A program made the translations under genes and the position numbers. From Escherichia coli (lineage in GTDB: Bacteria > Pseudomonadota > Gammaproteobacteria > Enterobacterales > Enterobacteriaceae), in the NCBI RefSeq assembly GCF_017348835.2, contig NZ_CP072317.1: a stretch of 64,000 bases of DNA, one strand, 5' to 3'. The notes under the pieces are model-generated. The model saw nothing but the letters and a program-made list of their open reading frames with translations, did not search any database and was not told the origin of the DNA. Positions within the stretch are counted from its first letter, which is position 1; every line of letters begins with the position of its first letter. Below are positions 11,620 through 20,772 of this stretch, in pieces.

Positions 11620-12998
11620 AGCGTGCTCCCTCCGAAGTGATAGTTGTTCTGGTAACGGCTGAGCATGCGGGCGGAAAGCTGCTGGCGCATATAGCTCATC
11701 TGACGGTCAACAACCAGCAATGCATCCTGCTGGACCTTTACCTGCCCCTGGAAAACCGCAATCTGTTGCTGTGCCTGATTCAGATTCTCCAGCACACTGT
11801 CCAGCACGGTCTGTGGATAGTTCCCGGTGGCAATCATGGCCCGGGCCTGCTGAAGCAGTTCCTGAATGTACTGGAGCATGATGTCGTAGCCGATATAGTC
11901 CGTCAGCTGGTAAACCACGCTGCTGGATACACCGAGCATCTGCGGGTCAATAAGATATTTAAAGACGGGGACGGTGGTGCTGGAAATGAAGCCTTTTTCC
12001 CTGTCATCCAGTGGAGTATCACTCACCGCTTTATTCTGAATACTGGTGAGCAGTTTTGTAATCTGTGATTTCAGGGCTTTATCCCGGGCGATGGTCACAT
12101 TTGCATCCGCCACCACCTTCAGACACTTGTCCGAATCGTTGCAGTGATAAACTTTTGCCGTTCCCCCCTCCATAATCGCCCGGAGGATATCGCGGTCAGT
12201 GGTACGCGCCGGCAGGGGGGTAATCTCGCTGTCTTCCCCAAAAATCAGCGTACCGGTGAGCGTCATAATAAATTCTTTCAGTTCTTTGTTACCATCAAGC
12301 ATCCTGTTTTTGGACAGCGAGTCCCAGATGATATTGATGTTCTTCAGCACCCGTTCCTTATCTTTGTCACTGGCCTTGTCACGAACAGACGATGACTGTC
12401 CTCCGACCGTGCAGCCCTGACGGGACGCGGCCCAGTCAGCAAAAATATTGCTCTCACCGGCAATGTCCTGACAGACCTTCTGCTGTGACACCTGAGTCTG
12501 AGGAAATAATCCTCCGACAATCCCCTGCGCCACCTGACAGGAGCTGAGGTTCATACTGTTAATGTCGCTTGCCATTTTCTGCAGGAAGTCTTTTGCGGTT
12601 TTGATTTCCGGCACCGTTGCCTGCAGGGCAAGGTCAAAAAAGTAACCGGCAGCGTTGCTCATAATCTGCTTAACAAAACGCTGCAACTGATCGCCATTAA
12701 TAAAACTGAACGAGCCGAGATAGGCGTCGATGCCGCCACATCCGGCATTGATATCCGGCAGCGTCATGGAAATCAGCTGGATATTTTTGACCTGGGTGCG
12801 GGCATACAGGGAGCCACCATAGGCATACCCGGCGGCCTGCCCCTGCCAGACGCCCGGTTGTGTGGTATTGGAAGCAAATCCCAGCTTATTAAAGAACTGA
12901 TTCATGTCGCTGTTCACATCCGCTGACGCTGCGGGTGTGACCGTCAGTAAAGCGGCACAAAGAACCAGAAGAGGTTTAATGCGAAGCATTATTGCCAC
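11616..12998 (-). CDS. traH: TraH pilus assembly protein
   Basis: 460-aa ORF with signal peptide, synteny between trbF and traG. Confidence 0.93.
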   Translation of the reverse strand: MAIMLRIKPLLVLCAALLTVTPAASADVNSDMNQFFNKLGFASNTTQPGVWQGQAAGYAYGGSLYARTQVKNIQLISMTLPDINAGCGGIDAYLGSFSFINGDQLQRFVKQIMSNAAGYFFDLALQATVPEIKTAKDFLQKMASDINSMNLSSCQVAQGIVGGLFPQTQVSQQKVCQDIAGESNIFADWAASRQGCTVGGQSSSVRDKASDKDKERVLKNINIIWDSLSKNRMLDGNKELKEFIMTLTGTLIFGEDSEITPLPARTTDRDILRAIMEGGTAKVYHCNDSDKCLKVVADANVTIARDKALKSQITKLLTSIQNKAVSDTPLDDREKGFISSTTVPVFKYLIDPQMLGVSSSVVYQLTDYIGYDIMLQYIQELLQQARAMIATGNYPQTVLDSVLENLNQAQQQIAVFQGQVKVQQDALLVVDRQMSYMRQQLSARMLSRYQNNYHFGGSTL

Positions 12999-13401
12999 CC
13001 TCCCTTAATTTCTTCTCCCGGCGCATACGGCGTTTCAGCCGGAATATTCTGATCCCCCCGTTTATTAATTCATTTAAAGGGTTCCTGACGTATACGATAA
13101 GAAATCCACCTGCAAACGCCCATAACGTATACGGAATGACATACATCAGGATGTTCCACATATAACGAAAATTATTTAATTCCGGGTCAGCTTTCCACGA
13201 ATCAATACAGGCATCAAAAATACTATGCATAATCACCCATAAAAAAGTTCCGGCAGCAACGAACACAAAAAACAGATCAAAATATATATCAGAAACCCTG
13301 CGTTCATAATCATAATCCCGTTTAGTTTTTCTGTTTTTTAGTTCCGCATCATTTCTTTTTTCTTTCATTATAAGTTTCCTCTGATATTTCCGATGATTCA
13401 T
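12976..13401 (-). CDS. trbF: TrbF-like small membrane protein
   Basis: 141-aa ORF in F trbF position (start possibly internal Met), hydrophobic segments. Confidence 0.55.
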   Translation of the reverse strand: MNHRKYQRKLIMKEKRNDAELKNRKTKRDYDYERRVSDIYFDLFFVFVAAGTFLWVIMHSIFDACIDSWKADPELNNFRYMWNILMYVIPYTLWAFAGGFLIVYVRNPLNELINGGIRIFRLKRRMRREKKLREGGNNASH

Positions 13402-13627
13402 TCAGACCGTTCATGCGGCTGTAATATATTTCAGACACCGAAATCCATCCCACAATTGCCCCCACAAAAAACACAACAGAAACAGAAAAGGTAAGACACA
13501 GCGAAACGACAATTTCCACAGGGCTGGCGGGATAAAAAAGCCCCTGACGGATAAAGGGGATATTCAGGCTGACGATTATTCCCGTCGCGATGCCGGATAT
13601 TCCGGCAATGAGTAACACCACCTGCTT
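13349..13627 (-). CDS. trbJ: TrbJ-like small membrane protein
   Basis: Distal ~93 codons of the 13349..13729 ORF beyond the trbB stop; start codon uncertain. Confidence 0.45.
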   Translation of the reverse strand, partial: KQVVLLIAGISGIATGIIVSLNIPFIRQGLFYPASPVEIVVSLCLTFSVSVVFFVGAIVGWISVSEIYYSRMNGLNESSEISEETYNERKKK

Positions 13628-14171
13628 ATTTCGTACCTTTTTCCTCTCCGTACATCTGCAGAACGGTATCCATCCGCGCCATAAAACTGGCGGCATCCGT
13701 TGCCCCCTGCAAAAGCGGTAATGCCTCAAGTGTGTTGACGTTGACCAGGAAGGTAGTCGGTGTGGCCACCGGGATATTCGGGAAGAAGGTCTGCATCACG
13801 TCCGGTGGCACCGGTAATGCTTCCGGAAAGGCGGTATCCCCCTGACCATCCAGGGTGTAGGGAAAAACGGAAAAGCCGTACTGCTGTGCCAGCTGTTTCA
13901 GTACCGGGTCAAACTGGTGACAGTAAGGGCAATGCCCCTGCATAAACAGCACCACCTTCCAGTCGGCCAGGTTAACCTGCCTGCCGTTGCTGAGGCGGAA
14001 CCAGCGGGGAGCCGGCTTTTCTGTTCTGGCTGATGTGTCTGCTGCCGGTTGTGCAGGCTGCACGGCCATACCCTGCGGATTCCAGAGTCGTTCAATTTCA
14101 TCCCGGGTGGAGGTCTGCACACCTGTGGCCATCATCAACAAAATGACCGGCAGTAATTTAGTGAGAGACAT
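13626..14171 (-). CDS. trbB: TrbB thioredoxin-like periplasmic protein
   Basis: 181-aa ORF with signal peptide and CPYC motif. Confidence 0.9.
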   Translation of the reverse strand: MSLTKLLPVILLMMATGVQTSTRDEIERLWNPQGMAVQPAQPAADTSARTEKPAPRWFRLSNGRQVNLADWKVVLFMQGHCPYCHQFDPVLKQLAQQYGFSVFPYTLDGQGDTAFPEALPVPPDVMQTFFPNIPVATPTTFLVNVNTLEALPLLQGATDAASFMARMDTVLQMYGEEKGTK

Positions 14172-14442
14172 GTCCGCCCTCCTGCTGCCCTTCCATCATG
14201 GCCTGTTGCCTGGCTTCCAGTGCCTCACGCTCTTCCAGGCTGACACGTGCAATCCATGCATCCAGCACCTGGTATGCGCCGAACAGCACAAGGATGGCCG
14301 CAATCAACTCCGCCAGAAAAAAAGCCATCCAGGGTTTGCTGTAAACAAGACGGGCGACGATATGAAACCAGACACCCAGGGAAAATACCCACATTCCCGT
14401 AATATCAAGCCGGGGTAAAGAGAATCTGTATTTACTTATCAT
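14158..14442 (-). CDS. traQ: TraQ pilin chaperone
   Basis: 94-aa membrane ORF, F TraQ size and position. Confidence 0.8.
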   Translation of the reverse strand: MISKYRFSLPRLDITGMWVFSLGVWFHIVARLVYSKPWMAFFLAELIAAILVLFGAYQVLDAWIARVSLEEREALEARQQAMMEGQQEGGHVSH

Positions 14443-14560
14443 GTTAAACTCCGGTTATTATTTACATGAGAGTATTCATGTCTGTAATATTCGCGTTTGT
14501 GTGATATTAATCAGATCAACCTCATTATTTTGTATGGTTTTTATTACCGTTTTATATGAC

Positions 14561-14905
14561 TTAGCCTGTCATAAGCCCCCTTATAAAAAACCACATCACT
14601 CCGGACCATGCTGATGACAACATAATACAAACAAACATCCTTCTGAAACTGTCAAACTTCGTGATAACCGGTATGGTACTGACTGCCATTGAAACAACCG
14701 GTACGGCACACTGATTCATAACCGCACCACAAAGAAACAAGAAATTATCTGGCAGCATACATACACTTATGACATTTACTACAAAGAAGACAAACGAGCT
14801 CAGCAGATAAACTCCTTTATTATTTGGTCCTGTAAAGAAATAACCAACAACCCCCACGATAAACAGGCTGGCACCTGTAAAAAAACACAAATCCCCTGTA
14901 TGCAT
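14561..14905 (-). CDS. trbA: TrbA-like membrane protein
   Basis: 114-aa hydrophobic ORF in the F trbA position between traF and traQ. Confidence 0.55.
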   Translation of the reverse strand: MHTGDLCFFTGASLFIVGVVGYFFTGPNNKGVYLLSSFVFFVVNVISVCMLPDNFLFLCGAVMNQCAVPVVSMAVSTIPVITKFDSFRRMFVCIMLSSAWSGVMWFFIRGLMTG

Positions 14906-14918
14906 ATATAACCTTTGG

Positions 14919-15662
14919 TTAAAAATTCGGTTTAAAATCTTCAGAAACGTTCAGGAACTGTTTTGCCAGGTCGTCCTGTGAAATAAAGCCGTATGATAAC
15001 GGGCGAACACTGCCCTGTTTCGGGTCAACCAGCATCATGGCCGGGAAATATTTCACACCGAGGCGCTGCGCCTGCCCCTGGTCAGTCCGGGAATCCGGCA
15101 ACAGCGGATTAATCACGCCATCCACGGAAACGGGAATAACACTCAGACCATAGGTATCCCTGAAGCCATTAATGACCTGCGCCAGTTGCCCGTCGATGGG
15201 GTCCTGCCCCCGGTAAAAGAACATGATGCCGTAGTGTTCAGCCAGTTTCGCAATGGCCTGTCGCTGCTGCGCCTGGTCTGCCGCCAGCTGGTTCCGTACC
15301 GTGCCGTTGTAATGGCTGTACTGCAGGTTATAGTCCAGTTCGGGATGTGCCAGCATGGCCTTTTTAGCACTCATGGTGAAAAGCCCGGCCTGCTGAGTCC
15401 AGTAATTCTGCAGCCGGAAATATTTAACAAAATTATCCACGCCGGGATACAGAATGGCTTCGTACAGCGCCCGCTTTGTTGCCGTCTGCAGCGCGGCCAG
15501 TTTCTGCATAATATCCGGCTCCTGACGGGGGGCTGCAGGTACAGGTTTATTTTCTTTTTCCTTCGGATTTATTTTCTCGTTATACCACTGCCAGCCTGCA
15601 TCTTTCCCTGACGCCGGAAAAATAAAGCAGCAGAGTAACAGTGGCAGTAATGCTTTATTCAT
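14919..15662 (-). CDS. traF: TraF pilus assembly protein (thioredoxin fold)
   Basis: ORF 14919..15695; start set at MNKALL to give 247 aa as in F TraF. Confidence 0.9.
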   Translation of the reverse strand: MNKALLPLLLCCFIFPASGKDAGWQWYNEKINPKEKENKPVPAAPRQEPDIMQKLAALQTATKRALYEAILYPGVDNFVKYFRLQNYWTQQAGLFTMSAKKAMLAHPELDYNLQYSHYNGTVRNQLAADQAQQRQAIAKLAEHYGIMFFYRGQDPIDGQLAQVINGFRDTYGLSVIPVSVDGVINPLLPDSRTDQGQAQRLGVKYFPAMMLVDPKQGSVRPLSYGFISQDDLAKQFLNVSEDFKPNF

Positions 15663-15915
15663 CTTCATTCCTTTCATCATTTTTTCTTTCATCATCTTTC
15701 TGCAGGCCAGTCAGGGCAGAAAAACAAAAATACAGAATAAACAGGAGCACACCGGAGTAAAGGATAACGAAAGCAGCGGCAAGCATCCCGTCTGCCGTGG
15801 TTTCTTTTACCGTATCCCACGACCAGATAATTACCGGGGAAATGACAATCGCTGTAATCGAAAGCCGGATAAGAAAATCAACAAGACGATTAGAAGTGAA
15901 TATAACTTTCATCAT
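15655..15915 (-). CDS. trbE: TrbE small membrane protein
   Basis: 86-aa ORF, F TrbE size and position. Confidence 0.7.
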   Translation of the reverse strand: MMKVIFTSNRLVDFLIRLSITAIVISPVIIWSWDTVKETTADGMLAAAFVILYSGVLLFILYFCFSALTGLQKDDERKNDERNEDE

Positions 15916-15938
15916 TTCCCCCGGTTATTTTCCATACC

Positions 15939-17789
15939 TTACTGTCCTGCCTGTTTCAGCTGGTCAGCAATCTGCTCTTTCACTTTCTGCGTCAGAACGC
16001 CACTGTCCGGGATTTTCTGGTTATTCATCAGGTCTTCGTAGAAGTTAGTGAAATCCAGTCTGTCGAACTGAATTTTCTGCAGCTCATCAACCGTAATCCC
16101 CCGACAGTCAGGATGCTTCGCACTGCCAAACCCGATACGCAACTGCCCGTTACGCCCCTGCTGCTGGACTATCTGCGCCAGCTTCGAATCAAACTGGCAG
16201 TAGCTGCGCTTTTTCTGCAGACAGACACCCAGCACTTTCTTCGAACAGAACTCTCCGACACTGACGGTCAGTTTGTTGTCCTTTGCCTTTCCCAGCGCCT
16301 TTTCTTCGCTGTTGCACTTCGCCAGACCCACATCCTGACCCCAGCCACCATCCTTACAGCAGTTACTGAAGCCGGCTGCGGCCTTACGGCAGAATTTCGC
16401 CTCACCCGTGAAAGCCCTGACATCCACACCATTCAGGGCGGCAACATCCTTACCTGCGGCGGCAAGCGCAGCCAGCTGTGATACTGCTTCACCAAAATCA
16501 CTGCTTTTTCCGCTCTGTGCCTTATCGCATTCACCGTCAAGGCAGAAGACATCACCACCACAGACCATCACTTTTCCTGATGTTCTGGACTCGCAGGAGT
16601 ACGTGGCGTACTCATGCAGACAGGTTCCCTCATCGGAATAAAACGCGCACTGACGTGAGGCCAGCGTACAGGCCGGATTATCGACATATTTCTGACAGGT
16701 GCCGTTATCTGCGGACTGAGTGACATATTTATCCCGGTATGCCCAGCATGCCTGTGTGATGTTCCAGGGTTTACCTTCCATCACTCCGGTTTTCGTACCA
16801 CCCGGCTCTGAACACTCAGTGCCTGTCAGCACGCCATCCGCTTTATTAAACGGACAACTCTCCACCCACTCCACCCGGGGAACCCATTCTTTATCACGGA
16901 CCTTCATCCTGAGTTTCAGCGTAAAGGTGGAAGCACCACTGACAAGCGATTCATAGACTTTCCTGTCACCATTCCCGTGCGGGAGGCAATTACCGTTAGC
17001 AGTACAGCCACTACCGGTCAGAACCTGCCCCTGTGTCACCTGCAAACCTGTCGCCCCGGACAGGGGGTAAGTATCCGACTGCCCGTTTGCCAGGCCGACA
17101 TTAAAGGTTGTATTCATGAAGGTATAACGGGAGTTCAGGAAGAAAAAAGCGGCGTATACAGACAATGATGCACTTTCCACTGTACCGGTTACCGGAGCCG
17201 TGACACTGAACACCAGTTTCAGCCCGTTCATACTGAACCGGAACTGTGAGTGCGGTATCGTCACTTCACGATATTCATCCGTGTATTTCCAGTCCCCGGT
17301 GATACTGGCAGTCCGTGTGCAGTACTCCTCCACCATCGTGTCCCGCTCACAGGTATAGTTTGTGAATTCACTGCGGTTTATCTCCTGCGCACTGCACTGC
17401 TGTCCGGTATTTCCCACAATGCTGTCAGCCCGGTTCACCACATCCCTGCCGGTCTGAATGAACGGTGCATCCGGTGACAGAATGTCTTTCGGCTTGTTCA
17501 TGAAGGACTCTGTGATGGTTTTTCCGGTTTCACCGGTCGCCCATTCCGTGGTGCCGTCATTTTTCAGGCCGCCATCCCCGCCGGCAGTCACGCCACCGTA
17601 ATATTTTGTCTCGTCCGGATTCGCGTTATAGCTGGGGATACTCTCCTGTGGCTTAAAGCCCTGAATACTGCCTGTACCCTGCCCCTGAATCTGACGGGCA
17701 AAATCAGAACCGGCCCGGTAATCACTGTTGCTGTCAGCCTGTGCCATGCCGGCAACCAGAGCCAGTATCAGAGGTAAAATACGTTTCAT
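15939..17789 (-). CDS. traN: TraN outer membrane mating pair stabilisation protein
   Basis: 616-aa cysteine-rich ORF with signal peptide; F-type TraN. Confidence 0.95.
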   Translation of the reverse strand: MKRILPLILALVAGMAQADSNSDYRAGSDFARQIQGQGTGSIQGFKPQESIPSYNANPDETKYYGGVTAGGDGGLKNDGTTEWATGETGKTITESFMNKPKDILSPDAPFIQTGRDVVNRADSIVGNTGQQCSAQEINRSEFTNYTCERDTMVEEYCTRTASITGDWKYTDEYREVTIPHSQFRFSMNGLKLVFSVTAPVTGTVESASLSVYAAFFFLNSRYTFMNTTFNVGLANGQSDTYPLSGATGLQVTQGQVLTGSGCTANGNCLPHGNGDRKVYESLVSGASTFTLKLRMKVRDKEWVPRVEWVESCPFNKADGVLTGTECSEPGGTKTGVMEGKPWNITQACWAYRDKYVTQSADNGTCQKYVDNPACTLASRQCAFYSDEGTCLHEYATYSCESRTSGKVMVCGGDVFCLDGECDKAQSGKSSDFGEAVSQLAALAAAGKDVAALNGVDVRAFTGEAKFCRKAAAGFSNCCKDGGWGQDVGLAKCNSEEKALGKAKDNKLTVSVGEFCSKKVLGVCLQKKRSYCQFDSKLAQIVQQQGRNGQLRIGFGSAKHPDCRGITVDELQKIQFDRLDFTNFYEDLMNNQKIPDSGVLTQKVKEQIADQLKQAGQ

Positions 17790-18436
17790 TTCCCGGAATC
17801 TCCTTTCCCTGCCAGTAAATCATGAGCCACCTGCCGGCAGTCACCCGTGGCGGCCACTTTCTCCAGCGCCTGGCCGACCCGCAGGTTTCCCCGGATGATG
17901 TCGTATCCCTGACTGCAGAACACCACCAGTGCCGGTACACTGCGAATGCCGTACTGTGAAAACAGCGTCGGGTCGATCTGAACACCATCAGTCGCGCCGT
18001 CTTTCACCAGGGACAGCACGGCTTCAGCGGTGGTCTTCAGGTCATTGTTCACCATGCCCCGCAGTGTGGCGGGTATACCGTAGTGCCGGGTTTCGCCCAG
18101 CATCCGTTTCAGCCCCTCTTCGGGAATGGAAAACGACACAAAATACAGGGCACCCTGCCGGGGTTTCCCGTCCTGCGAAGCCTGCTGTTTACGAACCAGC
18201 TCATCCAGAAAATGGTTATCTGAACGCTGAAGGGGGTTTTCCAGCACCTGTTTCTCCGCCCAGGCTTTCAGCTGATGGTCAGGTTTCTCTCGCAGTTGTC
18301 TGCTTAAATTTTCCTGCTGCTTCAGGAACTGGCGGTTTTCAGTTGTGTTCACATTTTCTGAAGCATGAACAGCAAGATGCATCCCTGCTGTCAGAGCAAA
18401 AAGTGCAAATATTTTCCGGTTCATGATATTTCTCAC
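17786..18436 (-). CDS. trbC: TrbC pilus assembly protein
   Basis: 216-aa ORF with signal peptide, F TrbC synteny. Confidence 0.9.
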   Translation of the reverse strand: MRNIMNRKIFALFALTAGMHLAVHASENVNTTENRQFLKQQENLSRQLREKPDHQLKAWAEKQVLENPLQRSDNHFLDELVRKQQASQDGKPRQGALYFVSFSIPEEGLKRMLGETRHYGIPATLRGMVNNDLKTTAEAVLSLVKDGATDGVQIDPTLFSQYGIRSVPALVVFCSQGYDIIRGNLRVGQALEKVAATGDCRQVAHDLLAGKGDSGK

Positions 18437-18744
18437 TTTCTGCTATTTACAGGCATGAACTCATCAGAAAAAAGATAATTGAGAAAAACAGCCACAAACG
18501 CACATGTAAATGTCACCTTCAGATATAATCTGACAAGTGTCACTTGTTCTGATATATCTGCGTTCTTCCATTCATGAATAATTTCAGCGAGAAAACTGTC
18601 AGGTGCAAAATAAAATAATATAACGGGCACTATTACAAGACCAAAAGGAAATAATTTTAATGTTCTGCTTATCAGCCTGAGCAGTACAGCACTTATTTTC
18701 CTGAGGTGCTGAATATATTTACTGTCCATTGTTGCCATTTTCAT
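18433..18744 (-). CDS. hypothetical membrane protein between traU and trbC
   Basis: 103-aa AT-rich ORF with hydrophobic helices, translationally coupled to trbC. Confidence 0.4.
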   Translation of the reverse strand: MKMATMDSKYIQHLRKISAVLLRLISRTLKLFPFGLVIVPVILFYFAPDSFLAEIIHEWKNADISEQVTLVRLYLKVTFTCAFVAVFLNYLFSDEFMPVNSRK

Positions 18745-18767
18745 TTCCTCTTATTCATTAAAATGAT

Positions 18768-19760
18768 TTACAGGAATACACAGTTACGTTTACGCCACAT
18801 CAGGTAGCCGAAGTTTTTCTTTGTGTTGGGCGGATTTTTTCCCGTCTCCCAGCGCATCACACTGCGCCCGAACGGATGGCACTGTCCGCTGTCCGGATAC
18901 ATATTCACCATCTGATAACGCCAGCGTTCTTTAGGCAGGATTGGGGACGGATATTCATTACAGACGGCGTTATTTTTCCCGATGGTTTCCATAATCATGC
19001 CCTGACGGTGTAGTTTGAACGCCATGCGTTCACTGACCAGCAGGGAGGACTGCAACGGACTGGACTCATTACTCACCCAGCCATTGAACGGGTACATACT
19101 GCCCTGCGAACCGGCACACCAGAACAGAACATCGAGAGGCATATTAAAGGCGCTGGCAATGGCATCTGCTGCACAGGCCCCCTGTGCTATCGGATTGGCA
19201 AAGATGACAGCTTCCGGATTGAGAATGGTGGTCAGGCTGCTGTCCGTCCAGGTGGGGTCAATTTCAGAAAGATAAGCGATATCCAGGTCACCACCTTCCA
19301 GACAGCCCAGCGATGTGATGATGTTAAGCCAGTACGTCAGCGGGTATTTGTACCAGTGAACGTGATAGAACGCCCCGTTCACCTGCTTCTCATCCTTTTT
19401 CGCCGTTCCCTGTGCCGTTTTACCAAAAGCCGGCAGGCTGAAGCCCAGGTTCACCATGCATCCCGGTGACCGGGTGACGTCCGTCAGCGCCATCGGCTCC
19501 CAGTAACCAATGGCCAGCCCGATACGCCTGAACAGCGGCGGCGGTGCCGGACAAATCTGAATGGGCATCGACGGGTTCGCCGTGTCGGGGACCTTACCCT
19601 GACTGACTTTGATACTGCCCAGCGAGAGCGGGAAAATACAGCTCCAGCAGATATCCGTGATCGGGTTTACAAAACGCCCCTCACAGGCAGAATCCGCAGA
19701 TGCCGCAGGGACATGACCGGCGAGAAGGAATAACATCAGCAGCCACAGGCTTCGCTTCAT
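18768..19760 (-). CDS. traU: TraU pilus assembly protein
   Basis: 330-aa ORF with signal peptide matching F TraU. Confidence 0.95.
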   Translation of the reverse strand: MKRSLWLLMLFLLAGHVPAASADSACEGRFVNPITDICWSCIFPLSLGSIKVSQGKVPDTANPSMPIQICPAPPPLFRRIGLAIGYWEPMALTDVTRSPGCMVNLGFSLPAFGKTAQGTAKKDEKQVNGAFYHVHWYKYPLTYWLNIITSLGCLEGGDLDIAYLSEIDPTWTDSSLTTILNPEAVIFANPIAQGACAADAIASAFNMPLDVLFWCAGSQGSMYPFNGWVSNESSPLQSSLLVSERMAFKLHRQGMIMETIGKNNAVCNEYPSPILPKERWRYQMVNMYPDSGQCHPFGRSVMRWETGKNPPNTKKNFGYLMWRKRNCVFL

Positions 19761-20389
19761 TTTCTGCCCTCCTCTGCCGGAATAAATTCCACCTTCAGGA
19801 AGCGATCGCCGGGAACGGCGCTCACCCGTGCCGGGACCTGATCAATGCCGAGGCGCTGGCAGAGCACACCGTTCTGGTCAAAGTAAACACGGCTGTCCAG
19901 AGACTTCTGCATCTCCGGGATACTGCCCTGCACGAGGATAATTTTGCTCTCCAGTGTGGGCGGCGTCTGGCGTTTCATCCAGGCCACCTGCGCCGGATCA
20001 TCGCCATTGATGAAATACAGCGTCTGGTTAAAAGGCACATACTGCAGCGGATTCATCACTTCACCCTGACGGGCAAACACCCGCCCTTCGTTATCCCGGA
20101 TATCCGCAGCCAGTCTGACGGACGGGTCAAACAACCGGCTGCTGTATTTCTCCGTGCGTCCGATACCGGGCACGGCAGGGGGCCGCAGACTGTTGCGGAT
20201 CACCCGCTCCTTAAAGGCATCCATTTTCCGGCCCATCTCACCGGACTGCTCCAGTGCCGTCAGGCGCTGCATGATCACCGTCAGCATGTCCGGCTCCTTT
20301 ACCGGCCACAGATCGCCCCAGGTGCCAAGATCGGCGGCGGCCACACTCTGCCCCCATATCAGCAGGGCAATCAGCCCCCGGCATCTCAT
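19757..20389 (-). CDS. traW: TraW pilus assembly protein
   Basis: ORF 19757..20503; start set at MRCRGLIALL to give 210 aa as in F TraW. Confidence 0.9.
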   Translation of the reverse strand: MRCRGLIALLIWGQSVAAADLGTWGDLWPVKEPDMLTVIMQRLTALEQSGEMGRKMDAFKERVIRNSLRPPAVPGIGRTEKYSSRLFDPSVRLAADIRDNEGRVFARQGEVMNPLQYVPFNQTLYFINGDDPAQVAWMKRQTPPTLESKIILVQGSIPEMQKSLDSRVYFDQNGVLCQRLGIDQVPARVSAVPGDRFLKVEFIPAEEGRK

Positions 20390-20772
20390 GGTTCCGCTCT
20401 CATTCGCCGGGCAATATCCTGCTGGATTTCCCGGGTGATATCCGGAGCCCCCTGTACCACGGCAGGCGACACCAGGATGACCGCGTGGTGTTTCTGCTGC
20501 CACGCCTGCAGGCTGGCTTCCAGTGCCGTGTTAAAACGCGCTGAAAGGGCTTTTGACTGTGCTTCTGACAGTTGTTTCTGACTGGCGCTGTCAAAAAACG
20601 CATCCACGGTCTGTTTCATGTTGAAGGCGGCAGTCACCGGTGCGTTCAGTCTGACAATGCCGTAACTGACGGCTGCGTTCAGTAACACCATTGCCAGGCA
20701 TCCCGGCACCGTCCACCACCAGTGGCTGCGTCGGGGGGCTGTAACATCCGTCGTTTTTTGCGTTGTGGTCAT
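20386..20772 (-). CDS. trbI: TrbI
   Basis: 128-aa ORF, F TrbI size and position. Confidence 0.85.
   Translation of the reverse strand: MTTTQKTTDVTAPRRSHWWWTVPGCLAMVLLNAAVSYGIVRLNAPVTAAFNMKQTVDAFFDSASQKQLSEAQSKALSARFNTALEASLQAWQQKHHAVILVSPAVVQGAPDITREIQQDIARRMRAEP

Noticed and set aside
19700-20581. 293-aa + strand ORF across the traU/traW region
   Set aside because: Antisense to two well-supported tra genes and spanning their junction.
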